63,825 bases of DNA, filler included, from Octopus bimaculoides (GCF_001194135.2; 9 parts of 9 records of this genome joined end to end with filler, not necessarily neighbours in it); one strand, 5' to 3'; shown: positions 26,301-39,679, counted from the first letter of the whole stretch. Numbers and translations are program-made. Notes: generated from the letters alone by a model not told the origin.

Positions 26301-26717
26301 CCACTAAAAATAACCTTGCTTCATGATGCCGCATTTCCAGAGGCCAGGTTTGATTGTGTGGTTAAGAAAAACGTTTTGCGACCACGAGATTTCAAATTCA
26401 GTCCCACATACTAAATCCTGGGGTCGAACAATGCTTTGTGAGTTAATCTGGTAGACGGGGTGCATATATTTCAATGTATGTTTTTGTGTTTGTTTCACCG
26501 ATCCACCGCTTGACAACCGGTGCTGGTTTGTTTATATGATCAATATTTTCTATGTTCGTTACTCTTAACGAACATAGAAAGACAAAAACACAGTAAATGA
26601 ATTATATGGAGATATTATTTTATATGCTTTCTCATAAGAAAAAGAAAATACCTCTCACAATAATAACAAAAATTTTTATAAAATGTTCTCTCCCCCGAAA
26701 GGGAATCTTCCACACAC

Positions 26718-26765
<48 letters not shown>

Positions 26766-27282
26766 ATTTCGGAAGCAACTGTAGGTGACAGCAGCAAGAA
26801 TCCCCAGTGAAAATTTCCCACATCTAAGAGAATTTTCTCCAAGGACCATCTCCGGAGCGGAAGGTCCTCTTACGTTCGCCTGCACTCGAACATGTTTAAT
26901 ATAAGTTTACATGATTATATTACATTCAATGCTGCTTTGTGCGATTTTAATAATCTTATACGGTTCTGTCAGTCTACAAGAGCAGTGTCGCAGATTTTTG
27001 GTATGAGTGTATTCTTGTGTCTTTTTATCAATTCCAGTCATTTGACTGCAGCCATATTGGTGCACTGCCTTTAAGGAATATTTCACTATTTATATGGACA
27101 TCATTACTTAGTCTAGTAAATACTTCATCAATCACTAGTGATCGAATGGTTACTTTCACCTATCGAGTTAGGTCAAATTAGAGAATTACGTCCTTTTAAG
27201 TAAATACTATAAACTACTTACAAGAATGCCAGCGGCAAACACGAGCGCATGCGGAAGCACACACATACACACACAAAGAGAA

Positions 27283-27319
<37 letters not shown>

Positions 27320-28487
27320 GACACACACACTCACACAAGCAGAATTACACACAGAAACAAAATCACGCACATGCAAACACGCACAGAAAGTGAATCACAT
27401 AAGAAAATCAATTTTCATGCATTCCTCGTTGCGGAGCCGTGCCGGATTTTCTGTTTTGCCGATCTGACAGAGGTGATGGTACCACGACAGATGTCATACG
27501 AAACGTTATTAATAACCTTTACAACACACCTTTGTTTATTCACAAGAAACATATGAGGAAGGCGGAAGCACTCTCCCCTATTACATTTATGATAATACGA
27601 AAACGCACATTCTTAAAAGCTAAAAATCTAACACTACACAGTAACGTCCTAAACTCCGCACTTCGCCTCCACGGGACTCTTTCTTGAAGCGTAACCATAA
27701 AGGGCGTATATTTCCCTTTTCCTTATTCACGCTGGGGCGCAGTATTCTCAACTGTGAAAAGCAAGTTATCTGTTAACATTTTATTTCATAGACAGATTTC
27801 GAGCGAGAATTCTTTATAGGTTAGCATGTGGCGTTAGATTTAGTTTATCAATTTTTGCGCTCTTACATTATTGTAGTTGAGGGCTGAGTATGGCGCAGAG
27901 CGATTCTAACGAATAAACAAAGATGCATCTTAATGATTTCAAGGGGGTAGTAAATGCAAGAAAAAATGGGATAGGGGCTTATCAAAATGATTGAAGCTGC
28001 AGCAGTCACCGATATATTGATATTTTGGTAGTGAGTCACTATGTCTTCTGCGCCTACAGAGCGAACTTATTTGGCGGGTCACGGTTTCATTTAAATACTC
28101 GCTCATACTTACGTCAGATTTAAAAGGAAGTGCAAGACCATCAGTGACCGGAATAACGGGGAGTGTATATGTGCCTGTCTGTCTATCTGTCTGTCTGTCT
28201 GTCTGACTGCCTGGCTGGTTGGCTGTTTATCAATATAGCTTCCTGATCAAATTGCATTTAAATATTCTATCATTTCTCATGACGTTCCGAGTTCAAACTA
28301 AGTAGAGATCAAATTTGCCTTGCATCCTTCTAAAGTCTATTCAATGATGTACTAGTCAACTGCTGGGGTCAATAAGATCGACTGTTCCAAATTTCAGATG
28401 TGTAACCTTGTGCCTAGATTGACGATAAAAGTTACGTAGTCGATAGACGCCTAATATATGACACGTACTTACAGACACGTACTTACA

Positions 28488-28530
<43 letters not shown>

Positions 28531-29445
28531 ACACAGAATCTTCTTTCCATCACAGAGACACGCCTTCACATACACACACACTTACATAGACAAATATGTT
28601 GACAGAAGTATAGGATTTGACAAATAATTGGTAGGAGGTGGTAAGAAGCAGTAGGCTTACTACATAGCTATATACAAATGTGTGCGTGGGAGAGGGGGCT
28701 GCGTGTGAATGTGTTTGTGCATGCATATATGCATGTTCATGTAGAAATATATAATATTTGATAATAAAACTGAAGTGACTGTTTACCCATGGTGGCAAAA
28801 GTATACTTCCAAAATTAACTGTCATGTGACTAGTAACACTCTAATATCCTATACAAGAGTAGAAAACATTTTTTGCATTTATCTAAACAATGTATGGAAG
28901 CAAATACCAATGCTGCATACGAGAGCGAATCAATATGGAACTATCCACCCGGGTAATTATTTATTCATTCTTAGTTCCATCCTTGGTGCGTGACACGAAA
29001 TATAACAAAAGATTTGAATGTATCTGCACATACACACAAATACACACAAACACACACACACAAACGCCCAATATAACGATACAACGAGATTTATTATGTT
29101 ACTTCGTTTTTGTATCTGGAATATATGCGATAGAATAGCATATGTTTATACTATGTAGTATTCTTTCATATTAGAAAAAGGTTACACAAACTAAAAGTAC
29201 GTGCATGAAATGACACGTGATTGTTTTTTATATATTTATCTTCATTTACCTTGTCACTTCCAAAGCCACCAAGGTGCATGTTGGTATTTGTCTTTCTCTG
29301 GTCAACAAAACAAGGATTAGTCGTACTCCTGAACTCACGGGATCGACTATACATTTATCTCTCTTGAAAATTAGCATATCTCATGAGAATATACGTATGT
29401 ATACACTCACTCACACACACGCGCGCGCGTATGCATGTATACATA

Positions 29446-30117
29446 CGTAGTCTGATCAATAAGTATTCGGACTGTTGCCATAGTAACGTAGCTAAAGCAC
29501 GGACCGTAAAGCCGCTTGGCACAGATTGACCTTGAACGCTACTGTGCATGCGCACTAAGTTTTACCATTCTAGCTCACTTCCATTGTTTGCAGCAATACT
29601 TGGAAGGAAGGTGTGTAGAGTGTAATCTTCGCATTGAACATGACAGAAAAAGTTGAACAGAGAATCTGCATCAAATTTTGCCAAACGCTTCAGGATACCT
29701 GCTCAGAGGTCTATGCAAAGTTTTCATAAAGTTTTCATCGTTCTCAACACAATCAAGGAGATCTTGTGCAACTGAAACCCGTGTGTCTTTTTGGTCAGCT
29801 GAAAGCAGTTTTGGCTCAAACTTGGTAGACACGCGTCTCACACCCAAATCTTCAGTGATACTGGATTGAACTGAACCGTAACTAATCTGCGCATCCTCTG
29901 ATAACTCACGGATGGTGATTCGACGATTTCCCCTCACAGCTGCACGCGCGTCTGCGATGTTTCTCTCAGTTCTGCAGGTTGCGGGTCTCCTAGAACGTTC
30001 GTCAATACTGACATTTTTTCAGCCATCTTGGAAACGTCCGAACCACTCGTACACGTATGTGCGGCTCATACACTCCTCTCCACACACTTTCTGCAACTTT
30101 GCGTAGGCCTCTGAGCA
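29446..30117. mobile_element. irritans-like mariner 5' part with internal inversion
   Basis: TA plus a TIR-like cgtagtctgatcaataagtattcggact at 29444. The + strand reads MTEKVEQRICIKFCQ from 29640 to 29722. The continuation (CSEAYAKLQKVCGEECMSRTYVYEWFGRFQDG...RRITIRELSED...STKFEPKLLS) lies on the - strand from 30117 to 29723. Confidence 0.85.
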
Positions 30118-30579
30118 TGCATGTATGTTTGTATGTATGATGTATGTGTGTATGTATGTATGTATGTATGTATGTTTGAATGTATGTATGTATGTATGCA
30201 TGCATGTATGCATGTATGTATATATATATGTATGTATGTATGNNNNNNNNNNNNNNNNNNNNNNNNNNNNNNNNNNNNNNNNNNNNNNNNNNNNNNNNNN
30301 NNNNNNNNNNNNNNNNNNNNNNNNNNNNNNNNNNNNNNNNNNNNNNNNNNNNNNNNNNNNNNNNNNNNNNNNNNNNNNNNNNNNNNNNNNNNNNNNNNNN
30401 NNNNNNNNNNNNNNNNNNNNNNNNNNNNNNNNNNNNNNNNNNNNNNNNNNNNNNNNNNNNNNNNNNNNNNNNNNNNNNNNNNNNNNNNNNNNNNNNNNNN
30501 NNNNNNNNNNNNNNNNNNNNNNNNNNNNNNNNNNNNNNNNNNNNNNNNNNNNNNNNNNNNNNNNNNNNNNNNNNNNNNN

Positions 30580-30629
<50 letters not shown>

Positions 30630-31115
30630 GAATATACATATAATGTATATATAAATATAAATATATAATATATACATAAATATAAATATTGATATATATA
30701 TATATGTATATATATGTATGTATTAGTATATATACTCATAGAGGTGTATATTACTGAATGTTTAGAGCATTTGGCGACCAAAACCCCTACGTGTTACGAA
30801 TAGTGAATCAATATGAAAATTACCAATTGAGGGAATTTGTCTATTACTTCTAGCAGATTGATATGTCGTATAAACTCTCACCATATGTACTCAATATTTA
30901 TCACTCTGTTATTATATATTATTAGTGCTAAACGTGTGTATACCTTTATACGACCATTATATCGTATAGACACACAAACACGCTCACACTCGCACAAACG
31001 GGTGTATGTAAGCAAGATGCATATCTGCTTCATTCAGGGTAACACGAAGCATGCATACATATATTTGTAGATGTGGGTATGTATGTGCCATTGAGACAGA
31101 GACAGAAACAGAGAG

Positions 31116-31168
<53 letters not shown>

Positions 31169-31707
31169 GTAGGAAAGAAAAAGAGGGAGAGAGAAAGAGT
31201 GACGGAGAAAGACAAAACAGGGAGAAAGAACGTGTGTGTGTGTGTGTGTGTGTGCGTGCGTGCGTGTGCGCGTAAAATCTATGCATGGTGAATATGTAAA
31301 TTACGTTAAAAAATGTTTAGACATTTCTTGCGTAGATATGTAAGTATACAAATACTCGTATAGTATTTATGTTATTTATACACACACAGAGGTATAGTCA
31401 TATGTGTGTGTGTACGTGTGTGTGTGTGTCTATATAAATATATATATGTATGTATATATATATATATATATACGTATATGCATATGCGTATGTATATATA
31501 TACATATATATNNNNNNNNNNNNNNNNNNNNNNNNNNNNNNNNNNNNNNNNNNNNTTAATTAATTAANNNNNNNNNNNNNNNNNNNNNNNNNNNNNNNNN
31601 NNNNNNNNNNNATATATACCTTATCTATAAGGCTCAATTTAATTTTAATTTTTTATAAATTGATTTTAATTGAGTTTTTTACCTGTAATTTTGGATTTTG
31701 TCCCTAA

Positions 31708-31749
<42 letters not shown>

Positions 31750-32127
31750 TTCATCCAAGGCTGGTACCATGGGCCATACCCATACGTCCCTTGCCCAATT
31801 CAGGATCACAACTTATAGGTACACTGCGACACAATTTCTTTTCCTCAACAGGCCCTGCCCTGTTTAACATTGTCCCGAAAGAGATCAAAGAAGAAAAGGA
31901 TCCCATCACCTTTAAACGGAGTCTGCACAGATTTCTTCAAGGAATACAATATAAGCCACCTATACATGGATACAACTCACTCAACAAGAACTCATTACTT
32001 GAACGGACCATGATACCACAAAACTTGACTTAAAAAGGATTTAGATAATCCCATCAGGTGGTGCTATTAAGTTAGACATGGCCTCGACCATTTTTTTGTC
32101 GAAACATATCTAAGTTTATCTAAGTTT
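31750..32127 (+). mobile_element. CR1/L2-group LINE 3' end (5'-truncated)
   Basis: LRHNFFSSTGPALFNIVPKEIKEEKDPITFKRSLHRFLQGI...NSLL resembles the ORF2 C-terminus of CR1-group LINEs. A short 3' UTR ends in the tandem tail atctaagttt x2. Confidence 0.7.
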
Positions 32128-32174
32128 ATATATATGCATATTGATATATATACACCTATGTATATGTATGTATA

Positions 32175-33327
32175 CGGGGTGGTCCAAAAGTAGGAGGACC
32201 GTAGGAGGAATACATTTGTCAATGGTTATAACTATGTTATTTGTGTAATATTTAAAATTTTATAACTAAATTTATCTAAATCCATCTGTCTTCTTTTCAT
32301 ATATTGCAGAGAACCCATAATGGCAAATAATTTAAATACTGATGAAAGGAAATTGGATGTTAAAAGAATATTGGAAATCTCAAAAAAGAAGTGAATGGGT
32401 TCAAACATTTGGTACTCAAGATACAAACCATTTACCGCGTTCGTGACAAATTCTATGTCGCTGACTCAATTATTTCATGAACCTCTATTATTCGAATCCT
32501 GATATCTATTGGGTTGAAAGATTATCGTCCACGGCTAATTCATGGCTTATTAAAGGATGGCCCAAACAGGCGGCTGTAGTTTAGTGAGACAATGCTGAAT
32601 GATATTGAAGAAAATCAACTAATTTTAGATAACATTGTGTGGAAAGATGATGCTTCCTTCAAATTATCCGGTCATGTAATTGTATTTTCTGGTATAGGGA
32701 GAACATGCATTTAACATTAGAGCAATAATTAAACCAAGCAGGTGTCATTTTTTAGGGTAGTATTTCAAATTCTGATATTTTAGTACCCATACGTTATGAT
32801 GGAACAGTCACAGGCGATAAGTACCTTAAAATTCCACGGTTAAAGCAACGGCCTAATTCACATGAACTTTATTTCCAATAAGATTTGGCCCCTCGACATT
32901 ATTCAAGAGCAGTCTGGGAGTATATTGATGAAACACCTCCTGAGAAACGTATTAGCCGAAGAGGTCCAATTGATTAGCCAGCACTTTCACCTAGCGTGAT
33001 CCCAATGGATTTCTTCTTTTGGAGAAGACTAGAAAGACTAGGAAGTATCAATGGTTTGAAAAATTACATGAGATACATTACAAGAAATTACTAACAAAGA
33101 GACTTGTGTAAATATGTTTGTCGAAGAGCAAGGTGTAGACTTCAAAGCTGTGTAAATTGTGATGGACAACATTTTGAGCACATGCGTTGATGAAATTTAA
33201 GCGCTTTTACATTATTGTACACGCTGAAGCTTAATTGTCAATGTAATCATTGTATTAGTAAATATATTTCTATAAGTAATCTCAGAATAAATGTTATGAC
33301 TTACTGTTCACCTACTTTTGGACCACC
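32175..33327 (+). mobile_element. Tc1/mariner-superfamily DD41D (rosa/Visitor-type) transposon, decayed, both TIRs present
   Basis: TA at 32173-4; TIR ggtggtccaaaagtagg (32178-32194) perfectly inverted at 33311-33327. ATG at 32320 (DERKWMLKEYWKS). Motifs IVWKDDASFKLSGHV, FQ*DLAPRHY and SPSVIPMDFFFW, with exactly 41 codons between Asp 32882 and Asp 33008. Confidence 0.85.
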
Positions 33328-34467
33328 NNNNNNNNNNNNNNNNNNNNNNNNNNNNNNNNNNNNNNNNNNNNNNNNNNNNNNNNNNNNNNNNNNNNNNNNN
33401 NNNNNNNNNNNNNNNNNNNNNNNNNNNNNNNNNNNNNNNNNNNNNNNNNNNTATATATCAAGATAGAGAGATAGCTAGAGAGAGAGAGAGAGAGAGATTT
33501 AAAAAGCACCTTAAGAGACAGTAAATATCCAAAGAATGACTGGTTTGTTACCTATTCTGTTGTTGTGAATTGTAATATTCCTAAAATACTAAGTTTAAAT
33601 AAATTTAAATCTTGGTTTATAAATATCGAAATTAAAATCCAGAAAATGGAGACGTAGCCTTAATATAATTTATTAAGTTAAACAATTTAACATGTTCACA
33701 TATGGCTGTTTCGATTTTGCCCAAAAGAATTAAATTCCAGCAATTAAAAACATTTTTATTGGGAAACATCTCATCCTAGCAGTAAAAGAGGCATATCGGT
33801 AGGTAATTACATGTTATTTTTCCAAAACATCTCATTTACTTACTAACACTGGTATAAACTTTCACCAGGAGGTGATAGTTTACATAATGGTAATGATTTG
33901 CAAATAAATGTTAGATAGTGAGTTACAGAAAAAATACTATCATATGAATGAGAAAAAAAAAAATCAGTGACTACTTTTATAATTTGTTTCAGAAATAGAT
34001 TGAATTAATATCAAAAATAGATAAATTACAAAATAATCGTAGTCAGAAAGGACATCAGTCTTGTTATATATACACAGTGAACATCTATNNNNNNNNNNNN
34101 NNNNNNNNNNNNNNNNNNNNNNNNNNNNNNNNNNNNNNNNNNNNNNNNNNNNNNNNNNNNNNNNNNNNNNNNNNNNNNNNNNNNNNNNNNNNNNNNNNNN
34201 NNNNNNNNNNNNNNNNNNNNNNNNNNNNNNNNNNNNNNNNNNNNNNNNNNNNNNNNNNNNNNNNNNNNNNNNNNNNNNNNNNNNNNNNNNNNNNNNNNNN
34301 NNNNNNNNNNNNNNNNNNNNNNNNNNNNNNNNNNNNNNNNNNNNNNNNNNNNNNNNNNNNNNNNNNNNNNNNNNNNNNNNNNNNNNNNNNNNNNNNNNNN
34401 NNNNNNNNNNNNNNNNNNNNNNNNNNNNNNNNNNNNNNNNNNNNNNNNNNNNNNNNNNNNNNNNNNN

Positions 34468-34500
<33 letters not shown>

Positions 34501-34823
34501 ACTTTAAACAGAGCTCAAAACTGATCCGTTGAATATACTTTATTACAATAATAACAATAATAATAATAATGAAATTGATTTATGAACATTTCGATGGAAC
34601 ATCCGGAATGATTAATACAAATTATAAAATATGATAAAATATAGGATACTCCATTCGTAGAGGTCCCATTATTATTGCTATTATTATTATTAATAGTAAT
34701 ACACAAATCCAATTTTCATAGCTGACCCATGAAAATATCCAAAACAGGATGAAAATGTGTTAGATGGCACACAACCGTTGAGCCCAAATGTGCAAAGAAC
34801 GAGCAAACAGCAAATTAATCTTA

Positions 34824-35190
34824 TATCAATTCAAAATAGTATTGTTTCTTTAGTTTATACATATTACCTGTTTTATCCGATTTAACTAATATGCTGTTTA
34901 AACTGGTAATCTTGGAAATTTTACTTAGGTACTCCAAATGAATGAGACCGGTTTTTTTCAGTGAGGACCGTTTTGTTTGTTTGCATTCTGCGCTAATGTA
35001 GGTATCACTGGGTTTGTTTAATTTTCTTCAGTATATTTAATATATATATATGTGTACGTAGGTATAGTTAGAATATGGATAAGTGTAGTGGGAAGTTACC
35101 GTATGTGCGAGTTAGAATTTTATTGAGGGATATTTTCATTGAAGACCGATTTCTTTATTTACATTCTGCGATGACGTAAATGCAACACCT
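34824..35190 (-). mobile_element. Penelope-like element ORF fragment (pre-RT region), partly duplicated
   Basis: 35000 to 34824 reads YISAECKQ...SKITSLNSILVKSDKTGNMYKLKKQYYFELI, resembling the ADKT-N-Y motif upstream of PLE RTs. A diverged copy of its start lies at about 35140-35185. Confidence 0.5.
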
Positions 35191-36085
35191 ATATAGAGAT
35201 TTAATGTAATATAGCGTGGTAGTCCTGACGTATAGGTTTGAAGTTTTTTGCTAGTTTACGCCGAATTGATATAAGATTAATTTTAATTTATATTTTTAAT
35301 TGTGTATAATGGTGTGTGCTAGATTTTATTAGAGTGAATTTTATTTAAGAACATTATCATTATTATTTTTTAAGTGTGCCTCTGTTTAATCGGGTTCCTC
35401 TAGTTTGAATGTTATAATTAATATCTTTAATTTTTTTTTCTACGGTATGATTTCTTTATTTCTTTATTTTGATGATTATTGCTATAACGGGTTTTCTTTT
35501 TTATTTTATAGCGTTCTAAATTGATCAGTAACTGAACTTTATAGTATACATTTTTTAGGTTTGAGTTGATTTTATCCTATATTATATTATAAATAATTAG
35601 AATATATTCAGTGCTGAATATTATTCTGTATAAGCACATGTTACTGAGATGCAACCGGATAAATTCAAATCTCTTTCACGGATATATATAATGATGGACA
35701 GAAGTCATTCGTACTATGTTGGGTACATCGTGGTATGTTGATTCTTGTTTATTTTTATGTGTCTCGACCGTACGTGTACTGATGAACAAAAGATGCAGCT
35801 TACTTCACAGTTTTTACTGTACTGATTGAGAAACCAGTGGTTTACCGTTAAGTTAAATGTGTTTAAGAGATTAATTTTGAAAGCTGCATTCCCTCGCTTT
35901 CGGTAAATATGTTGCTTATTTTTTGGTAGTTTTTGACTTATTTAGTCCCTCTAAGCGTGAGGCATTACTATATAGTTAATGCCCTNNNNNNNNNNNNNNN
36001 NNNNNNNNNNNNNNNNNNNNNNNNNNNNNTTAATTAATTAANNNNNNNNNNNNNNNNNNNNNNNNNNNNNNNNNNNNNNNNNNNN

Positions 36086-36121
<36 letters not shown>

Positions 36122-36184
36122 TTCCACATGAAATTGTAATGATTTTTGGCAGATAACTGATAAGGGATGAGCACACCCATGACA

Positions 36185-36560
36185 CGTGTATGTGTGTGAA
36201 TATATGTGTATGTGTGTGTGAATATGTGTATGTGTGTGAATATATGTAAGTGTGTGTGAATGTGTGAATATATGTGTGTGTGTGTGTGAATATATGTGAA
36301 TGTGTGTGAATATATGTGAGTGTGTGTGAATATGTGTGTGTGTGTGTGTGAATATATATGTGTATGTGTGTGTGTGTGAATATATATGTGTGAGTGTGTG
36401 TGTGAATATATATGTGTGAGTGTGTGAATATATATGTGTGAGTGTGTGAATATATGTGTGAGTGTGTGTGAATATATGAGTGTGTGTGAATATGTGTGAG
36501 TGTGAATATATATATTTTTTTGTATGTGTGTGAATATATATATATGTGTATGTGTGTGTG
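36185..36560 (+). repeat. Cryptic minisatellite of (TG)n-GAATATA units
   Basis: More than 20 repeats of gtgtgtgaatata with variable TG length. Confidence 0.9.
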
Positions 36561-37318
36561 AATATATATATATGTGTATGTGTGTGTGTGTGTGTGTGTT
36601 ACTTTTGTTCACTATTTATCGCAGACGTTTTGTTATTTTTTTTCCATTTATTTAGTTTCAGTTTTGAGAAAAAAAAGGGAACAATGACAAATAAAGAAAC
36701 GGCAGTTTTTCATTTTTTTTTTTCAATTAAAACTTGAAACTGTTTTTCTAGAAAACAAATTCCTTTCAATAAAAAAAAATCTGAAATTCTTAAAAAATAT
36801 ATAAATAAATATTGTGTGTATGTATCTGTGTGTGTGTGTGTGTGTTTATATGCTCGTATATGCGTGTCTGTGTCCGTATGGAATATAAATAAAAACTGTG
36901 CGTGTGTGTGTTTGTGTCCGCGTCCATGTGTGTGTGAATGTCCCCGTATGTATGTTTGTGTACCCGTGTGAAAGAGAGGGAGAGAGACAGACAGACAGAC
37001 AGAAAGGGAGAGAGAGGGAGGGAGACAGAGTGAGAGAGAGACAGAAGGGAGAGAGAGTGAGANNNNNNNNNNNNNNNNNNNNNNNNNNNNNNNNNNNNNN
37101 NNNNNNNNNNNNNNNNNNNNNNNNNNNNNNNNNNNNNNNNNNNNNNNNNNNNNNNNNNNNNNNNNNNNNNNNNNNNNNNNNNNNNNNNNNNNNNNNNNNN
37201 NNNNNNNNNNNNNNNNNNNNNNNNNNNNNNNNNNNNNNNNNNNNNNNNNNNNNNNNNNNNNNNNNNNNNNNNNNNNNNNNNNNNNNNNNNNNNNNNNNNN
37301 NNNNNNNNNNNNNNNNNN

Positions 37319-37430
37319 GAGCGAGAGACAGAGGAAGGGAGAGAGAGTGAGAGCGAGAGACAGAGGAAGGGAGAGAGAGTGAGAGCGAGAGACAGAGGAA
37401 GGGAGAGAGAGTGAGAGCGAGAGACAGAGA
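37319..37430 (+). repeat. 32-bp purine-rich tandem repeat (about 3.5 copies)
   Basis: gagcgagagacagaggaagggagagagagtga at 37319, 37351 and 37383. Confidence 0.85.
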
Positions 37431-38744
37431 GTGGGAGAGAGAGACAGAGGGTGAGAGAGAGACAGAATAAGGGATAGAGAGAGAAGGGAAAAAAAAGTGT
37501 GTGTCCGTATGTCTATGCTCCTGTATGTGGGTACGTGTGTGTGTCTTCATACGTTTGTGTCCCCGCTTGTATGTGAGAGTAAATGTATGTTTTTTAGGGG
37601 TTTTTTCTGTGACGGAACGGGATATCTTCGGTAAAATCTTTTCGTTGGGAAACAAGTCACACTTTTGAGCGATGAAAATTTCCTCACAAATAAATGTCGT
37701 CCGTTTTTTCTGTTCTGTGTTCAAATTCTGCTCAAGGTCGACTAAGCATTTCATCCTTTCGAGGCCGATAAAATAACTACCAATTGAGGGTAATTTTCTA
37801 CTGGACCTTTCTAAAATCATAGCGATCCAAAAAGTTTATTTCAATAAAACATTTCACAATTATAAGTGATACACGTTACGAACAGGGAGAAGAAAATGAG
37901 GGCAAAATAAGGTCAATTTGAACAGAGTTTAGCCCTGGGCACATATATATAAATATTCAGACACGTTTCCGAAGAAATTATTTTTTAAATATGCCCTTTT
38001 GAAGGTGAGGTGCGAAACTACATCAGCCCCCTTTCTTTACACACATTTTAAGATGACATTTTACAGAATTAAGTTTCCTAGAGTGAGGATTAAATTAGAT
38101 TGAAAAATCAGAGAAGTTTGAAAAGAATAATAAACGAATGCTCAAGTTNNNNNNNNNNNNNNNNNNNNNNNNNNNNNNNNNNNNNNNNNNNNNNNNNNNN
38201 NNNNNNNNNNNNNNNNNNNNNNNNNNNNNNNNNNNNNNNNNNNNNNNNNNNNNNNNNNNNNNNNNNNNNNNNNNNNNNNNNNNNNNNNNNNNNNNNNNNN
38301 NNNNNNNNNNNNNNNNNNNNNNNNNNNNNNNNNNNNNNNNNNNNNNNNNNNNNNNNNNNNNNNNNNNNNNNNNNNNNNNNNNNNNNNNNNNNNNNNNNNN
38401 NNNNNNNNNNNNNNNNNNNNNNNNNNNNNNNNNNNNNNNNNNNNNNNNNNNNNNNNNNNNNNNNNNNNNNNNNNNNNNNNNNNNNNNNNNNNNNNNNNNN
38501 NNNNNNNNNNNNNNNNNNNNNNNNNNNNNNNNNNNNNNNNNNNNNNNNNNNNNNNNNNNNNNNNNNNNNNNNNNNNNNNNNNNNNNNNNNNNNNNNNNNN
38601 NNNNNNNNNNNNNNNNNNNNNNNNNNNNNNNNNNNNNNNNNNNNNNNNTGTTTTTGGTACCGAAACACTTTCAAACTTCGTATACTTGTATATTTTGGGA
38701 TCTATATGATTTGACGCGGAACACTTTTCATTTATGTTTTATGT

Positions 38745-39440
38745 AGTGTTTTTGGTACCGAAACACTTTCAAACTTCGTATACTTGTATATTTTGTGTTA
38801 TAGAACAGATAAAAAATTTTGTATTCGAAGTTATTTCATGTAAAAAAAAATTGTCGTATTTCGGTAATTTCAACCAATCACTGACGTCTATTGAGGTGAA
38901 AACAATTACTGCCGTGGAATGTAAACAACATGTTCTAGCGGTGTCATGGGATCTTTTCTCTTGAATAAAATTAGTGCTGTAGTTTGTCAACAACTATCCG
39001 TGCTACTGTTATTTATGACATCGTTCGTGCGTTTGTACTGGTTTTAGCTTTAGGGTTTTAGGGTTAGGGTTCGGGTTTTAGAGTTCGGGTTAGTTTTAGG
39101 GCTACGGTTAGGGTTATAATTATTTTTGCCATACCCACTCATAACCCTAACCGTAACCCTAAAACCCGAACCCTAACACCTTACTATGGGATAATGATTT
39201 AATTAAACAGGGAATAACACTCTTGACACCGGCAAAAATTATTGTTTACAAAAACAGCAGTAACTGTATTCAGCTGAATAAACGTCAGTGATTGGTTGAA
39301 ATTACAGAAATACGACAACTTTAACATGAAATAACTTATTAAGAAGAAATTTTTGTTAAGAAGGCTAAGAGAAAAAGATGTTTTATATGACACATTCTAC
39401 CAGTATCTCAAGTTTGAAAGTGTTTCGTTAAGAAAACAAG
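38745..39440. mobile_element. Fold-back / MITE-like element with long TIRs and a central inverted telomere-like block
   Basis: cgaaacactttcaaactt (38759-76) is inverted at 39410-27, and a 55-59 bp arm at 38829-87 is inverted at 39282-336. Degenerate TTAGGG at 39050-39116 faces CCCTAA at 39142-39177. Confidence 0.8.
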
Positions 39441-39679
39441 TGGTGCCCGTCAAATCAGAAACATCCCAGGTTTTTTGCAGATTCAGAATCTCCGCCCTCA
39501 ATATAGTGTGTTCATGTAAAAATAAAACAAAAAATATATATATATATATCTCAAAGGGAGTGCGATTTGAAAGTGTNNNNNNNNNNACTTAAAATTTCGG
39601 CGCCAAAAGTTGCAAAAGGAAAGTGAAAACACTTGATGCCATTTCAAAACTGTTTTGCAGCTTGGGGCTTATATATCCT

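Noticed and set aside
33690-33790. Possible third hammerhead or PLE end (minus strand, ggatgag...cgaaacagcc)
   Set aside because: The core is too degenerate and the helices are unsupported.
35960-35985. Small hairpin ggcatt...aatgcc, similar to one at 44077
   Set aside because: Only a 6-7 bp stem, with no Helitron CTRR end in the right position; likely coincidence.
39050-39177. True telomere-telomere fusion site
   Set aside because: The repeats are short, degenerate and symmetric within longer non-telomeric inverted arms; a TE origin is more parsimonious (kept as a finding).
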